Notes: generated by a model from the letters alone, not told the origin. A DNA stretch of 64,000 nucleotides from Octopus sinensis (GCF_006345805.1 NC_043018.1:8618001-8682000); one strand, 5' to 3'; shown: positions 11,938 to 22,833, numbered from the stretch's first letter. Numbers and translations are program-made.

Positions 11938-12333
11938 GCACAAAATCTTGTCTTATTATTATCGTTAATGGTGAGCAGGATGTAAAGTTTAGCAGTATTT
12001 TGATCTTTGCTACATTTTGAGCTTAAATTCCGCCAAGGTCAACTTTGCCTTTCATCCTTTTGGGGGTCGATAAATTAAGTACCAGCGAAACACTGGGGTC
12101 AATGTAAGTGATTCATCTCCTCCCCCAAAATGGCTGCCCTTGTGGCAAAACTTTAAATCAAGGATACAGTGCACTGCCAGGAATCGAACTCATGCCCTTA
12201 CAACTGTGAGCTGAATACTCTAACCACTAAGCCATGTGCCCAAGCTTAATAACGACAGTCATTTAAGTAAGTTCTTCATTATTTTCTTGGTTGACTCAAA
12301 TTTCCTGAGTCAAGGAACTGAGCAGGGGAATCA

Positions 12334-12552
12334 GGTACTATTTGAGAAGAGTGGTCCCTGTGCGTACACTTGCGTAGTCGCGCTAGCTAGTCGTGACTAG
12401 TCGATCCTTACTTTGTGTTTTATTTACTTTGTTTAAAAATATTATTATTTCGTGTTTTATTTACTTTGGAGGATTGACTAGTCATGACTAACTAGAGTGG
12501 ATGCGTGAGTACGCAAGTGCGTGCACCGGGACCACTCTTTTTAAGTAGTACC
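12334..12552. mobile_element. Mutator-type fold-back MITE
   Basis: About 80-bp inverted arms (GGTACTA..AGTGGTCCC..CTAGTCGATCCT). Perfect 9-bp TSD GGGGAATCA. Confidence 0.88.
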
Positions 12553-12790
12553 GGGGAATCAATCATGGAGCTACAATATGTTTGGAAAGCAGACTTCTTA
12601 AACTACGCAGCCATGTCTATAATCAATTATATCATAGATGGTGTGTCCCAGTATGGCCACAGTCCAATGAGACCAATAGGAGAATAAAAGATTTTTACAA
12701 AAAAAAAAACATTCTCTAATCTCTCAAGGAAATTAAAATGGATGTAAAAACCAGCAAAGACTAAAAAAGACTTTTTTTAAAATCACATAC

Positions 12791-12828
12791 CTTTTGTACA
12801 TGACTGAATTGGGTTTCTTCAAGATATA
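12791..12828 (-). CDS. RPF2: RPF2 coding exon 3 (YILKKPNSVMYKR)
   Basis: 38 nt, acceptor ttcttgcag, donor gtatgt. Human counterpart YALKKPYGVLYKK. Confidence 0.93.
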
Positions 12829-13103
12829 CTGCAAGAACAAAAAAACAAAAATTAAGGAACAATATTATTAATCTTGTTTCTTGGGAGGGTCATTACAACA
12901 ATAATAACACAAGCACTGGTTCAATATCACTTCATTGTTAATACTAATGATTTGTAGGTACATAATATTTCATTATGCATCTATAATATACTATGAAGTA
13001 TATTAAATGTTTTTATAAGACAATACCAAAATCAGTACTGGCAATAATTCCTATAGAATATATACTCTTTCACTTGTTTCAGCCACAACGACGTTATTAT
13101 ACA

Positions 13104-13304
13104 CCAGCGACAGACAGAACGTCTTCTATATCCGCTGCCGTTGTCACCATCATCGTACCAACTTCACAGACCCACGCTGTTAGGGTGAAACTTTCACCAA
13201 ATAAAACAGTCCATCTGAAGTTGACGATGGTAGAGACGACGTAAAGTTGGTACGATGATGGTGACGACGGCGGCAGAGATAAAAGATGTTCTGTCTGTCG
13301 CTGG
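13104..13304. mobile_element. Fold-back MITE with about 60-bp TIRs
   Basis: CCAGCGACAGACAGAAC..CATCGTACCAACTT mirrored by AAGTTGGTACGATG..GTTCTGTCTGTCGCTGG. No clear TSD. Confidence 0.75.
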
Positions 13305-13357
13305 AAACTGAAACATGGCTGAGTACGGTGCTGGTCAGTGACTAGACTGGACCTTAA

Positions 13358-13564
13358 CCCTTTAGCATTTAAACTGGCCATATCTTGCCAAAAGTATTCT
13401 GCCTGTTTTATGTTCAAACTGGCCAGGTCTGGTCTCTCACACCAACCCTACAATATCGTTTGAAAAATGAACAGCAACCTCATCAAAATCTCATAGCTAC
13501 AAGATAATGCATGATTAATTCAAAACAATGTGGATGAAGAAGCATTAATGTGAACACTAAAGGG
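13358..13564. mobile_element. piggyBac-type MITE (variant 2)
   Basis: TTAA TSDs at 13354-57 and 13565-68. Partial copies near 9050, 29520-29740, 48570, 55765 and 57890-58005. Confidence 0.85.
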
Positions 13565-13939
13565 TTAAAAGGTCTAGAGTCAAAGACCCTGTATACTGAA
13601 AGCAAGCCCTATATATTGAGGAGAAATGGCTCAAACAAAGCCTAGGAAAAACAGTGTCACCAAAGGCCGTGATTGGTTGGTTTTGGACAGTGGCGCAAAA
13701 TCGCGCCACATGTCAACCAATCAGATCAGTGGACACAACAGGAACAACCAAGCCAAAGATGGCTGTAATCTCAAACGAGATCATTCCTGCTGTGTCTCTC
13801 AAACAGTGAGGATATCAGATACCGCTACACATGCATGGGACAGTGAACATTAAATAATGATAACAAGGATGATGATGTTGTTAAGGAGGGGCCTAGCAAA
13901 ACTGAGGTGTATCTTATAAATTAGTGTATCTCATATGCC

Positions 13940-14258
13940 ATGAAATAAGCCATATACCAGAGATATGCTGCTCCTTCTCGAGCTACGCCTGGCTCATAAG
14001 GGCCGGTTTCCCAGTTTCTTGGCATATAGGTTCCCCACCTGGATGGGATGCCAGTCCGTCACAGGTAAGCTGCAAGATGCAGGAGGAAAGAGTGAGAGAA
14101 AGTTGTGGCGAAAGAGTCAACAGAAGATTTTGCCATTACCTTCTGCTGGAGCTGTGTGGAGCTTAGGTGTTTTGCTCATAAACACATGCATTGCCCGGTC
14201 TGAGATTCGATCCGTCGACCGTGAGTCCGCTGCTTTAACAACTAGGCCATGTGCCTCC
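13940..14258 (-). mobile_element. SINE with family-D head and a different (V-SINE-like) 3' half
   Basis: Head and GAGCAAAACACCTAAGCTCCAC..ACTCTTTCGCCACAACTTTCTC shared with 4417. Tail CTGTGACGGACTGGCATCCCATCCAGG also seen at about 3250-3480 and 30055-30290. Confidence 0.7.
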
Positions 14259-14323
14259 ACCACCAGAGATTTAATGGTCTGAGGAGACCTGAAAGACTAC
14301 ACAAGAACAACAACAACACTTAC

Positions 14324-14456
14324 GATATCTCTCAAAGCTTTCGTGACAGTCTCACTTGTGTTCCCTCCTTTGATAATCATGGCCACTTTGGTATTTTCAA
14401 AGAGTTTCGGTTCCCTTCGTTCCAAGGCTCGTTTCCCTTTCTGGGTCTTGGTAGGT
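14324..14456 (-). CDS. RPF2: RPF2 coding exon 2 (PTKTQKGKRALERREPKLFENTKVAMIIKGGNTSETVTKALRDI)
   Basis: 133 nt, acceptor cttttgtag, donor gtaagt. Matches the RPF2 N-terminus as recalled from human (KTKRAKRFLEKREPKLNEN..IKGGN). Confidence 0.95.
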
Positions 14457-15299
14457 CTACAAAAGAGGAGAAGGATAAAAAATCAATTTACAATCATTAT
14501 CACCATCATCATCGTTTAACGTCCGTTCTCCACGCTAGCATGGGTTGGACGGTTCAACCGGGGCCTGGGAAGCCAGAAGGCTGCGCCAGGCTCCAGTCTG
14601 ATCTGGCAGTGTTTCTACAGCTGGATGCCCTTCCTAACGCCAACCACTCCGCAAGTGTAGTGGGTGCTTTTTACGTGCCACCTGCACAGGTGCCAGGGGA
14701 GTCTGGCATCGGCCACAATCTGTTGGTGCTTTTAACGTGCCACCGGCACGGAAGCCAGCCAAGGCAGCGCTGGCATCGGCCACGTTCGGATGGTGCTTTT
14801 TATGTGCCACCGGCACAGAAACCAGTCGATATTAATTTTAAACTGCTATTACTATTAATAAGGCCATGAGCAAGTAGGATCGTTAGCATCTTGGACAGAA
14901 TGGTTGGCGGCATTTTCTTCCAGCTCTTTCTTTTATGTTTGGAGTTCAAATTCTGCTGATGTCGACTTTCAACCTTTCAAGATTGATGAAATAAAGTACC
15001 ACTGGGGCGATATAATCAACTTACTCCCTCCCACTAAAAAATGCTGGTCTTAGCTAAAACTTGAATCCATTATTATAATTATTTCTAGCAGAACCAGTGG
15101 AAAATTGCTTTATTTCTATTTTGACGCATAAATAATGGACCCCCACCACACACACACAAAATCCCCATTAGAATTCCTTCCAATTTCAATTTACTATTCT
15201 CAGACAATGTATTCTTTCGGATATTCTTGTGACAAACATCGCTATTATTTGGCCTTGTTTCCTTCAACTTGTAGCCACTTTCATCATAAATTCTATTGT

Positions 15300-15531
15300 G
15301 GTACTACTTGAGAACAGTGGTCCCGGTGTGCGCACTCGCATATACACGCTAGCTAGTCGTGACTAGTCGATCCTACAACGACAACCTAAAAACACAAAAT
15401 AATTTTTTTTTTAAACAAAGTAAATAAAACACAAAAAGATAAAGTAAAAAACACAAAGGATCGACTAGTCACGACTAGCTAGCGCGGATGAGCGAGTACG
15501 CGCACCGGGACCACTGCCCTCAAGTAGTAAC
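15300..15531. mobile_element. Second copy of the Mutator-type fold-back MITE
   Basis: Same arms as 12334-12552. 9-bp TSD TTCTATTGT / TTCTAGTGT (8 of 9). Confidence 0.85.
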
Positions 15532-15578
15532 TTCTAGTGTATGGTTCATAGTTTCTAAACGAATTCTTCGAAAATGAT

Positions 15579-15661
15579 GGCGAAGGTAAAGAATAAATAC
15601 GTACACCGGGTGGTTAGGGTTAGGCCGAAAACGGGTGGTGTGCGTATTCTTTACCTCCGCC
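15579..15661. mobile_element. 83-bp mini-MITE
   Basis: GGCGAAGGTAAAGAATA / TATTCTTTACCTCCGCC termini, internal GGTTAGGGTTAGG. Confidence 0.6.
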
Positions 15662-15924
15662 AAAATCACATATTAAAACGACTGTCAGCATTTATCTTAT
15701 ACTCGTTTCGATCATTCGACACGGCCATGCTGGAGTACTGCCCTGAAGGATTTGAGTCGAACAAATCGATCCGAGTACATTTTTAAAGCCCCGTACTTAT
15801 TCCATCAGTCTCTTTTGCCGAACCGACAATGTACAAGGACGTAAACAAACCAAACATCGGTTGTCTTAAGATTAATGTTTCAATGTCTTCATTCCAAATG
15901 GTCACTAGGTCCATAAATATATAT

Positions 15925-16230
15925 TTCTTTATTGCCCACAAGGGGCTAAACAAGGACAGACAAAGGGATTAAGTCGATTACATCGACCTCAGTGCGAAAC
16001 TAGTACTTTATTTATCGACCCCGAAAGGACGAAAGGCAAAGTCAACCTTGGCAGAATTTGAACTCAGAATGTAATGGCAGAGGAAATACCTATTTCTTTA
16101 CTACCCACAAGGGGCTAAACACAGAGGGGACAAACAAGGACAGACATAGGTATTAAGTCGATTATATCGACCCCAGTGCGTAACTGGTACTTTATTTATC
16201 GACCCCGAAAGGATGAAAGGCAAAGTCGAC
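15925..16230 (-). mobile_element. SINE B head-to-tail dimer
   Basis: Two monomers joined at GAAATAGGT|ATTTC. The whole dimer is flanked by the 17-bp direct repeat CTAGGTCCATAAATATA. Confidence 0.8.
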
Positions 16231-16436
16231 CTAGGTCCATAAATATAACCACGTATGAATGTTTTGATGGCATTTGAAGTGTGTGTATATAAATTTAGTT
16301 TACTTTTATAACTACATTTTCACTCTTTAAAAATCTAAACAATAAATCGAAGTTTTAGAAAGGAAATAACATAGTTTTCCTCATTAAACATTATTTTGCA
16401 ATTAAAACATGAGATAAATGAAAACTTAGTACGTAC

Positions 16437-16456
16437 ACAATCAACGGCAATACCAT
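16437..16456 (-). CDS. RPF2: RPF2 coding exon 1 (MVLPLI + GT of Val, phase 2)
   Basis: Minus strand ATGGTATTGCCGTTGATTGT followed by donor GTACGT. The 20-nt length gives the phase 2 needed to join exon 2 in frame. It lies just downstream of a CpG-containing promoter-like region. Confidence 0.75.
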
Positions 16457-16680
16457 TCTGACAGATCGATGGAATCCGCTATCAATAAATAGGCAGGAGT
16501 ATATTGATGCCCGTACAGGTGTGATGTGGTGGCGTTAATTCCTAATTATTAATTATCGCCAGACTGAAATTAAACAACACGTGCGTGGTTCACAGAGGCC
16601 ACATCCAGGAAGTGATGTCATAGATGTTGCTATACTACAGAACGTGACGAGCCGCAGATTTACGAAATTAGGATCGTTAT
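16457..16680 (-). promoter_or_regulatory. RPF2 5'UTR/proximal promoter with E-box (CACGTG 16578-16583) and ETS-type site (CCAGGAAGTG 16605-16614)
   Basis: CpG-containing unique sequence directly upstream of the RPF2 ATG. Motifs read directly from the sequence; the TSS is not determinable. Confidence 0.6.
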
Positions 16681-16802
16681 GTGAATCACATTTATCTTTT
16701 TTTTTTTTATCTTTTACTTGTTTCAGGCATTAGATCGCGACCATGCAGGGGCACCGCTTTGAAGAATTTTTAGTGAAATAAATCGACCCTAATACTTATC
16801 AT

Positions 16803-17221
16803 GGATCTTTTCGGTTTGAACGGCAGTTTTTAACATAATTTCTAGGTAACTAAAAAATTTTAAACTTCGTATACTGGTAGAATGTGTTTATAAAACATCT
16901 TTTTCTCTTGGCTTTATTGAGAAAATTCTATAGTTTGTAAGATATATGTTGTTTTTTTTTTCTTCTTCAATTTCTGCAATTTCAACCAATCAATGACGTC
17001 TATTGAGGTAAAAACATTCTGTGCCGTATGAATATGTCCCTCGTTTAAGAAACAGATTAGGTTTCTTTACATTTCTGAAAAAAAAAAGATACCCTTCCCC
17101 TACCCCTAACCCTAACCCTAAAAGAGATTGAAAGGCAATAGATCGATTCTAGGGTCATAATTATGGGTGACAATTTCATATGACACCGCTAGAAAAAACT
17201 ACCATTCAAACCGAAAAATCC
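16803..17221 (+). mobile_element. Same 400-bp MITE, directly upstream of the RPF2 promoter
   Basis: Colinear with 3773-4164. Contains an internal CCCTAACCCTAACCCTAA tract. Confidence 0.85.
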
Positions 17222-17409
17222 CTTATCATTTTTTTAAAGCCTGTCCATCAGGGATTTTAATTTTTGCCGAGCCACTAAGTTACGGTGACATAAACAAACC
17301 GGCACCGGTTGTCAATCGACGGTAGGAGACAAACACACACACACACTTATTTTTCAGTCATATAATGGACGCACATGCTTTTCTTGAATTATCTGCTCCT
17401 TCCTCCTTT

Positions 17410-17470
17410 TCCTCCTCTCTGGACTTTTCTCCCTTTTCCGACGAGGAGTCAAACTCGAAACGTCGTTTCC
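17410..17470 (+). mobile_element. Related Penelope-like fragment with degenerate hammerhead motif
   Basis: CCGACGA-G-GAGT-CAA-ACTC-GAAACGTC at 17438-17464. Stem I is not formed. Confidence 0.4.
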
Positions 17471-18231
17471 ACTCCTCTTTTCCCATCTATGTGAGAGAGC
17501 TAGAAGGCAGTGGTTGTGGTGTATGCGAGAGATTTGAAACAAGGACACCTACCTTCTCTTCGCTCAACGGAGACCTCCCCAGTAGTAATGCACCCTTCCA
17601 CGCAGCTCGACCCGAACACTAGAAATAGCAGCTGCTTTTCCCCTACCTTAATAATGTGCTCACACGTCTGACTCCCTCGGTTACCTCGATCGAAAAGACC
17701 CAATGCATGCGCGTCACTCCTGCCCCTTCCTCTTCCAGTCAGCCCCAAGTTCCCATCAGTTCCCCAGCTGCTGACGTCATCCCACAGTGGTGGACAGGGC
17801 TTAAAAATATTGGTTGCCAGGAGACTAAGGGGCCCCACCCACAACTACAGTGCTAACCACTGTGCAAAGAAAGGTGCTGATTCTGCTCACAAGAGACTAC
17901 AGCTGCTGGGTACTGACATCGATGGAGGAGCAAGGGAGGACAGGGCGTTAAGGGGATGAGATGTGGAGGATGTCTGATGAGGCAGAATGGATTACAAGCA
18001 TAAATAGAATGTTTTTTAGGATATTAGTATATAATTTCGTCTGTCGTTACGTTCTGAGTTTAAAATCCGCCGAGGTCAACTTTGCCTTTCATCCTTTCTG
18101 GGTCGATAAATAAAGTACCAGTTTCGCACTGGGGGCGATATAATCGATTCAATCCCTTCATCTGTCCTTGTTTCTCCCCTCTATGTTTAGCCCCTTGTGG
18201 GCAATAAAGAAATATATATTAGGATATAATA

Positions 18232-18410
18232 GTCGCAGGAGTGGCTGTGTGGTAAGTAGCTTGTTTACCAACCACATGGTTCCAGGTTCAGTCTCACTGC
18301 ATGGCACCTTGGGCAAGTGTCTTCTACTATAGCCTCGGGCTGACCAAAGCCTTGTGAGTGGATTTGGTAGACGGAAACTGAAAGAAGCCTGTCGTATATA
18401 TGTGTATGTG

Positions 18411-18469
<59 letters not shown>

Positions 18470-18678
18470 GTGTGTATATGTTTGTGTGTCTGTGTTTGTC
18501 CCCCCAACATCGTTTGACAACCGATGCTGGTGTGTTTACGTCCCCGTAACTTAGCGGTTCGGCAAAAGAGACCGATAGAATAAGTACTAGGCTTACAAAG
18601 AGTAAGTCCTGGGGTCGATTTGTTTGACTAAAGGCGGTGCTCCAGCATGGCCACAGTCAAATGACTGAGTAAAAGAGT
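18232..18678 (+). mobile_element. SINE family A, full length
   Basis: Same structure. Further copies at about 32139-32569(-), 34197-34615(+), 44950-45286(-), 45315-45710(-), 48672-49081(-), 51280-51645(+), 57336-57742(+), 60790-61190(-). Confidence 0.85.
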
Positions 18679-18689
18679 TATGATTGATG

Positions 18690-18975
18690 GGTTCTTAAGC
18701 ACAGAGAATAACCAATTATCTCAGTCTTTTATTATCTCCTTTGCAAGAATCAGCATCTTCAGATCATCCTTCAGTGCTTATTCCCATGTCTTCATACCTC
18801 TCCAGTCTTCGCATGTCCTCTCCATTCGTAACCTGTATCTTACTCCCATGTAGCATTGCCGTTTGTTCAAAAAGTATCACATGATCTACCTTTCATCTGT
18901 AGAGCGTGAGAGATCTTTGGTTATCAACATAAGTAATAGCCCTCTGAACTTTCTCCGTCTTATCCATATTCTAGC
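18690..18975 (-). mobile_element. Decayed RTE-like LINE 3' fragment
   Basis: Minus-strand remnant resembling GR..KTW....KDDLKMLIL, with frameshifts. Confidence 0.5.
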
Positions 18976-18989
18976 AACTGTACTTTCTC

Positions 18990-19191
18990 AGATGCAGCAC
19001 GGATTTTTGTCAGTGAACAGGTTGCGGTCTTAAAGCGACGAAAATATTTTGACAAATTAAACTTAAATGTTGAAGTGAATCGAACGGTTTTTGTGTGTTT
19101 CTTAAATGGCTTACAAACACCTTCCATGCTTCAATTGTTTTCGTTTCAGCACACGATCTCAGATCAAATCACCTGCTATGCAAGTACATCT
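18990..19191. repeat. Unclassified 200-bp interspersed repeat, copy 1
   Basis: AGATG...CATCT ends and 12-bp direct repeat CTGTACTTTCTC on both sides. Copy 2 at 19846-20047. Confidence 0.7.
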
Positions 19192-19224
19192 CTGTACTTT
19201 CTCTGTATCTCTGCAATAATTTGT

Positions 19225-19690
19225 TTGTTTATTGGCCACAAGGGCTAACAAAAATCGATTAAAACATAAAGGGACAAAACACAGGATGAAAGTTACAAAG
19301 GGTTTTGTCCGTTTGAAAAAGGTCCGTGTACAAAAGCAGGATAACCACGAAATGTAAGCAACAATTATAACTCCCAATAGGGGGAGGTGCTTTGAAAGGT
19401 TACTCGTAGAAAAACCCATAAAAGCCACGGAAGCTTGGTCAAAAGGGGGGTAGAGAGCCCCTTTCTCCTTTTATATTTCCTTTTATCACAGGTGTATCCT
19501 CAGAATTGGTCCATTCATACTGGCCATTCTTATGACATTCACCCACCTTTCAATAAACTTGCTACCAGACATCACTTCCCTCTTTACTCTCATCTTCCTT
19601 TTCCAGTGGAACTTGAAGAAGTTGATGAGGCCTTGGCCAAAGAGGAAAGTGTGTGACCTTAGCCCTTTCAAAAAGGGTCCACCATATATG
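19225..19690 (-). mobile_element. Tx1/L1-like LINE 3' fragment (ORF2 C-terminus + 3'UTR)
   Basis: ORF GQGLINFFKFHWKRKMRVKREVMSGSKFIERWVNVIRMA followed by a 3'UTR ending GCCCTTGTGGCCAATAAA. The 3'UTR recurs at 62770-62995 and the ORF piece at about 782-870. Confidence 0.7.
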
Positions 19691-19845
19691 AGAGTTTATT
19701 TAATGAAAAAAATAAGTTAATTGTAAGTATATTACATAGTAACAATATATAATTTTTATCAAATAATAAATGAAAAATTTTATTTACCTATTTGTTGTCC
19801 TGTATTAATGAAAGGTTAATTTTATAATTTTATTTATCAATATAT

Positions 19846-20047
19846 GAGATGCAGCACAAAGCTTTGCCAGTGAACAGGTCGCGGTCTCAAAGCGCCGAAA
19901 ATATTTTGACAAATTAAATTTATATGTTGAAGTGAATCTAACAGTTTTGTGTATTTCTTAAATAGCTTATAAACACCTTCCACGCTGCAATTGTTTTCGT
20001 TCCTGCATACGATCTCAGATCAAGTCACTTGCTATGCAAGTACATCT
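19846..20047. repeat. Unclassified 200-bp interspersed repeat, copy 2
   Basis: Colinear with 18990-19191. ATTTATCAATATA occurs near both flanks. Confidence 0.7.
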
Positions 20048-21034
20048 CCGTAATTTATCAATATAGCTTTTCTGAAATAAGGTGGTGAACTGGCAGTATG
20101 ATTACTGCACCAGGCAAAATGCTTAGTGGCGTTTTGTCCATCTTTATGTTCTGAGTTCAAATGCTGAAGGGGTTGACTTTGCCTTTCATCCTTTCAGGGT
20201 CAATAAAATAAGTACCTGTTGAATACTGAGGTTGAAGTTATTGATTTACCCCCTCCCCACCAAATTGTTGGTCTTATACCAAAATTTGAAATCAATATAT
20301 TTTTCTGAAACAATGGCTTCTCATTTAAGTACAAGGCTTGCAATTTTGAGGGGAAGGGTTTTACTTGATTACATCAATTCCAGTACTTGACTAGTATTTT
20401 ATTTTATAGACCCTTAAAGAAAGGAAAGCAAAGCTGACCTCAGCAGGATTTGAACTCAAAGTATAAAGCACCAAAAGAAATATTACAAAAATTGGCAAAT
20501 GTCTTCTAGTATAGCCTTGGGCCGACCAAAGCCTTGTGAGTGGATTTGGTAGATGAAAACTGAAAGAAGCCTGTTATATATATATATATATATACATTAG
20601 TAGTTCAGTAAAAGAAATCGATAGAATAAATACTAGGCTTACAAAGAATAAGTCCTGGATTCGATTTTCTCAACTGAACATGGTGCTCCAGCATGGCCAC
20701 AGTTAAATGACTGAAACAAATAAAAAGAATAAAAGAATAAAAGGATTAATTTATATTTTAGAGGAGAATGATATAACTGATTCATTCAATCTCAGTTCTT
20801 TAACTGGAATATATTTTGCTGCCCCCAGAGCCTATAAAAGGGTTAGTTATCTACAGTAAAATTTGAACTTAGAACATAACTAGGTACCACAAAGTTCATC
20901 TGTCTGATGCTCTAAGGATATTTTTTTGGCAGCACCTTGGGCAAGTGTCTTCTACTGGGTGACCCTAAAATCTGGACCCATAGGCAAAATGTATACGTAA
21001 AATTTTCAACATTTTATTCAATTGGAACATTAAC

Positions 21035-21885
21035 AGCGTGCCGGTGGCACGTAAAAAGCACCATCTGAATGTGGCTGATGCCAGCGCCATCTTGGCTGGC
21101 TCCCGTACTGGTGGCACGTAAAAAGCACCAACAGATTGTGGCCATTGCTAGCCTCCTCTGGCACCTGTGCCGGTGGCACGTAAAAATCACCCACTACCCT
21201 CATGGAGTGGTTGGCGTTAGGAAGGGCATCCAGCTGTAGAAACACTGCCAGATCAGACTGGAGCCTGGTGCAGCCTCCTGGTTTCCCAGACCCCATGCTA
21301 GCATGGAAAATGGACGTTAAACGATGATGATGATCTTCACTATGATTTCCACCACTTATGATGCAAAAGTTGATGTGCTTTGCAAGATCTACACGAACCC
21401 AAAGCAATAACTCCACCATGTCATCAATTTGAGCGCATTCACTCTTTATGTGTTCCATCAAGCATGTGGCATCTGTGATTTTCATCATCATCATCATTGT
21501 TTAATCATCATCGTTTAACGTCCACTTTCCATGCTAGCATGGGTTGGACGGTTTGACTGAGGACTGGCGAACCAGATGGCTGCACCAGGCTCCAATCTTG
21601 ATCCGGCAGAGTTTCTACTGCTGGGTGCCCTTCCTAACGCCAACCACTTCGAGAGTGTTGTGGGTGCTTTTACGTGCCACAGGCATGAGGGCCAGTCAGG
21701 CGGTACTGGCAATGGCCATGCTCAAATGGTGTTTTCTACGTGTCACCTGCACAGGTGCCAGTCCAGCGGCACTGGCAACGACCTTGCTTGAATGTTTTTT
21801 CACATGCCACTGGCATAAGTGCCAGTAAGGGGACGCTGGTAAAGGAAGCCAGTTAACCGCTCTGGCAACAATCACGCTCCAATGA
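21035..21885. mobile_element. Tail-to-tail inverted pair of SINE C copies
   Basis: Sense copy about 21035-21335, antisense copy about 21500-21885. Others at about 10765-11060, 14502-14830, 27380-27783, 31018-31410, 35197-35447, 49159-49650, 54610-54935, 55900-56345, 59385-59763. Confidence 0.8.
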
Positions 21886-22614
21886 GTAAAATATATATAG
21901 GTAAAATGTAATATATAAGATATATATGTAAAATATATATAAAATATAGGTAAAAAATATATAGTTAATGAGATTGCCTATGAATCCAGACTTTAAGGAC
22001 ACCCTGTATAATAACTGTGAGCTGATTGTTGTCTTGTGAGTGAACTTGGTTAACGGAAACTGTGTGGAAGCCTGTCATATATATATGTCTGTATGTATGT
22101 GTGTGTGTGTCCTTGTGTTTGTTTCCCAACTGTTTGACAATCACTGTCGATTTGCTTATGTTCCCATAACTTAGCAGTCAGGCAAAAGATACCAATAGAA
22201 TAAGTACCAGACCTTTAAAAAAAAAATCGAGGTCGATTTGTTCAACTAAAACCCTTCAAGGTAGTGCCCCAGCTTGGCTGCAGTCCAATGACTGAAACTA
22301 GTAAAAAGATATAAAAAAAGGAAAAACCGATAAAATAAAAGAGATTATTTATTTATTTATATAATATTTTCTGAAAAAAAAATAATAAAAGCGGAACATT
22401 TTATTTATTAATATTTTTTTTTCTGAAAAAATAAAAGAAACATGTGTGAGTAATAATTTTCTATTTAATTTATTTTAAGTTTGAATCGGCAGAAGTCCCC
22501 GCCGTGCAAAAAATCCTCTTCAGTGTAAGAGGAAAAATGTTAGAGTGAAAGTATTCTGCAGTTGAATTCGATGAACCAACGACACATGGCGATTTTCGAA
22601 AATATTACTGAATT

Positions 22615-22684
22615 ATGTCGAGCGAGCTGGCATCGTTTGTCAGCTTATTAACAGACTCGGAGCAGATGTCATCAAGTCAAATCG
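22615..22684 (+). CDS. Candidate first coding exon of an unidentified gene (MSSELASFVSLLTDSEQMSSSQI)
   Basis: CpG-rich unique sequence, YY1-like ACATGGCG at 22584, ATG at 22615, open frame to donor G|GTAGGA at 22685. No family recognised. Confidence 0.45.
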
Positions 22685-22833
22685 GTAGGAATTCACTTCC
22701 AACTTTCCTCTTTCTAATCTGACCAATTTCAGATACGTTTTCCTTTGTATTTCTGCTTGTTTTTCCCCACCACACCTCTCTTGTATGAAACCTCTCTCTC
22801 TCTTCTTCCCCCCCCCCATCGTTAGTTTTACAG

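Noticed and set aside
14249-14869. 206-aa plus-strand ORF
   Set aside because: Antisense of RPF2 exon 2 run into a SINE C copy. The same LQSDLAVFLQLDALPNANH peptide recurs in every SINE C.
17096-17122. Telomere-like CCCTAA repeats (also near 28-45 and 15612-15625)
   Set aside because: Only 2-3 units, internal to MITEs; not an interstitial telomere.
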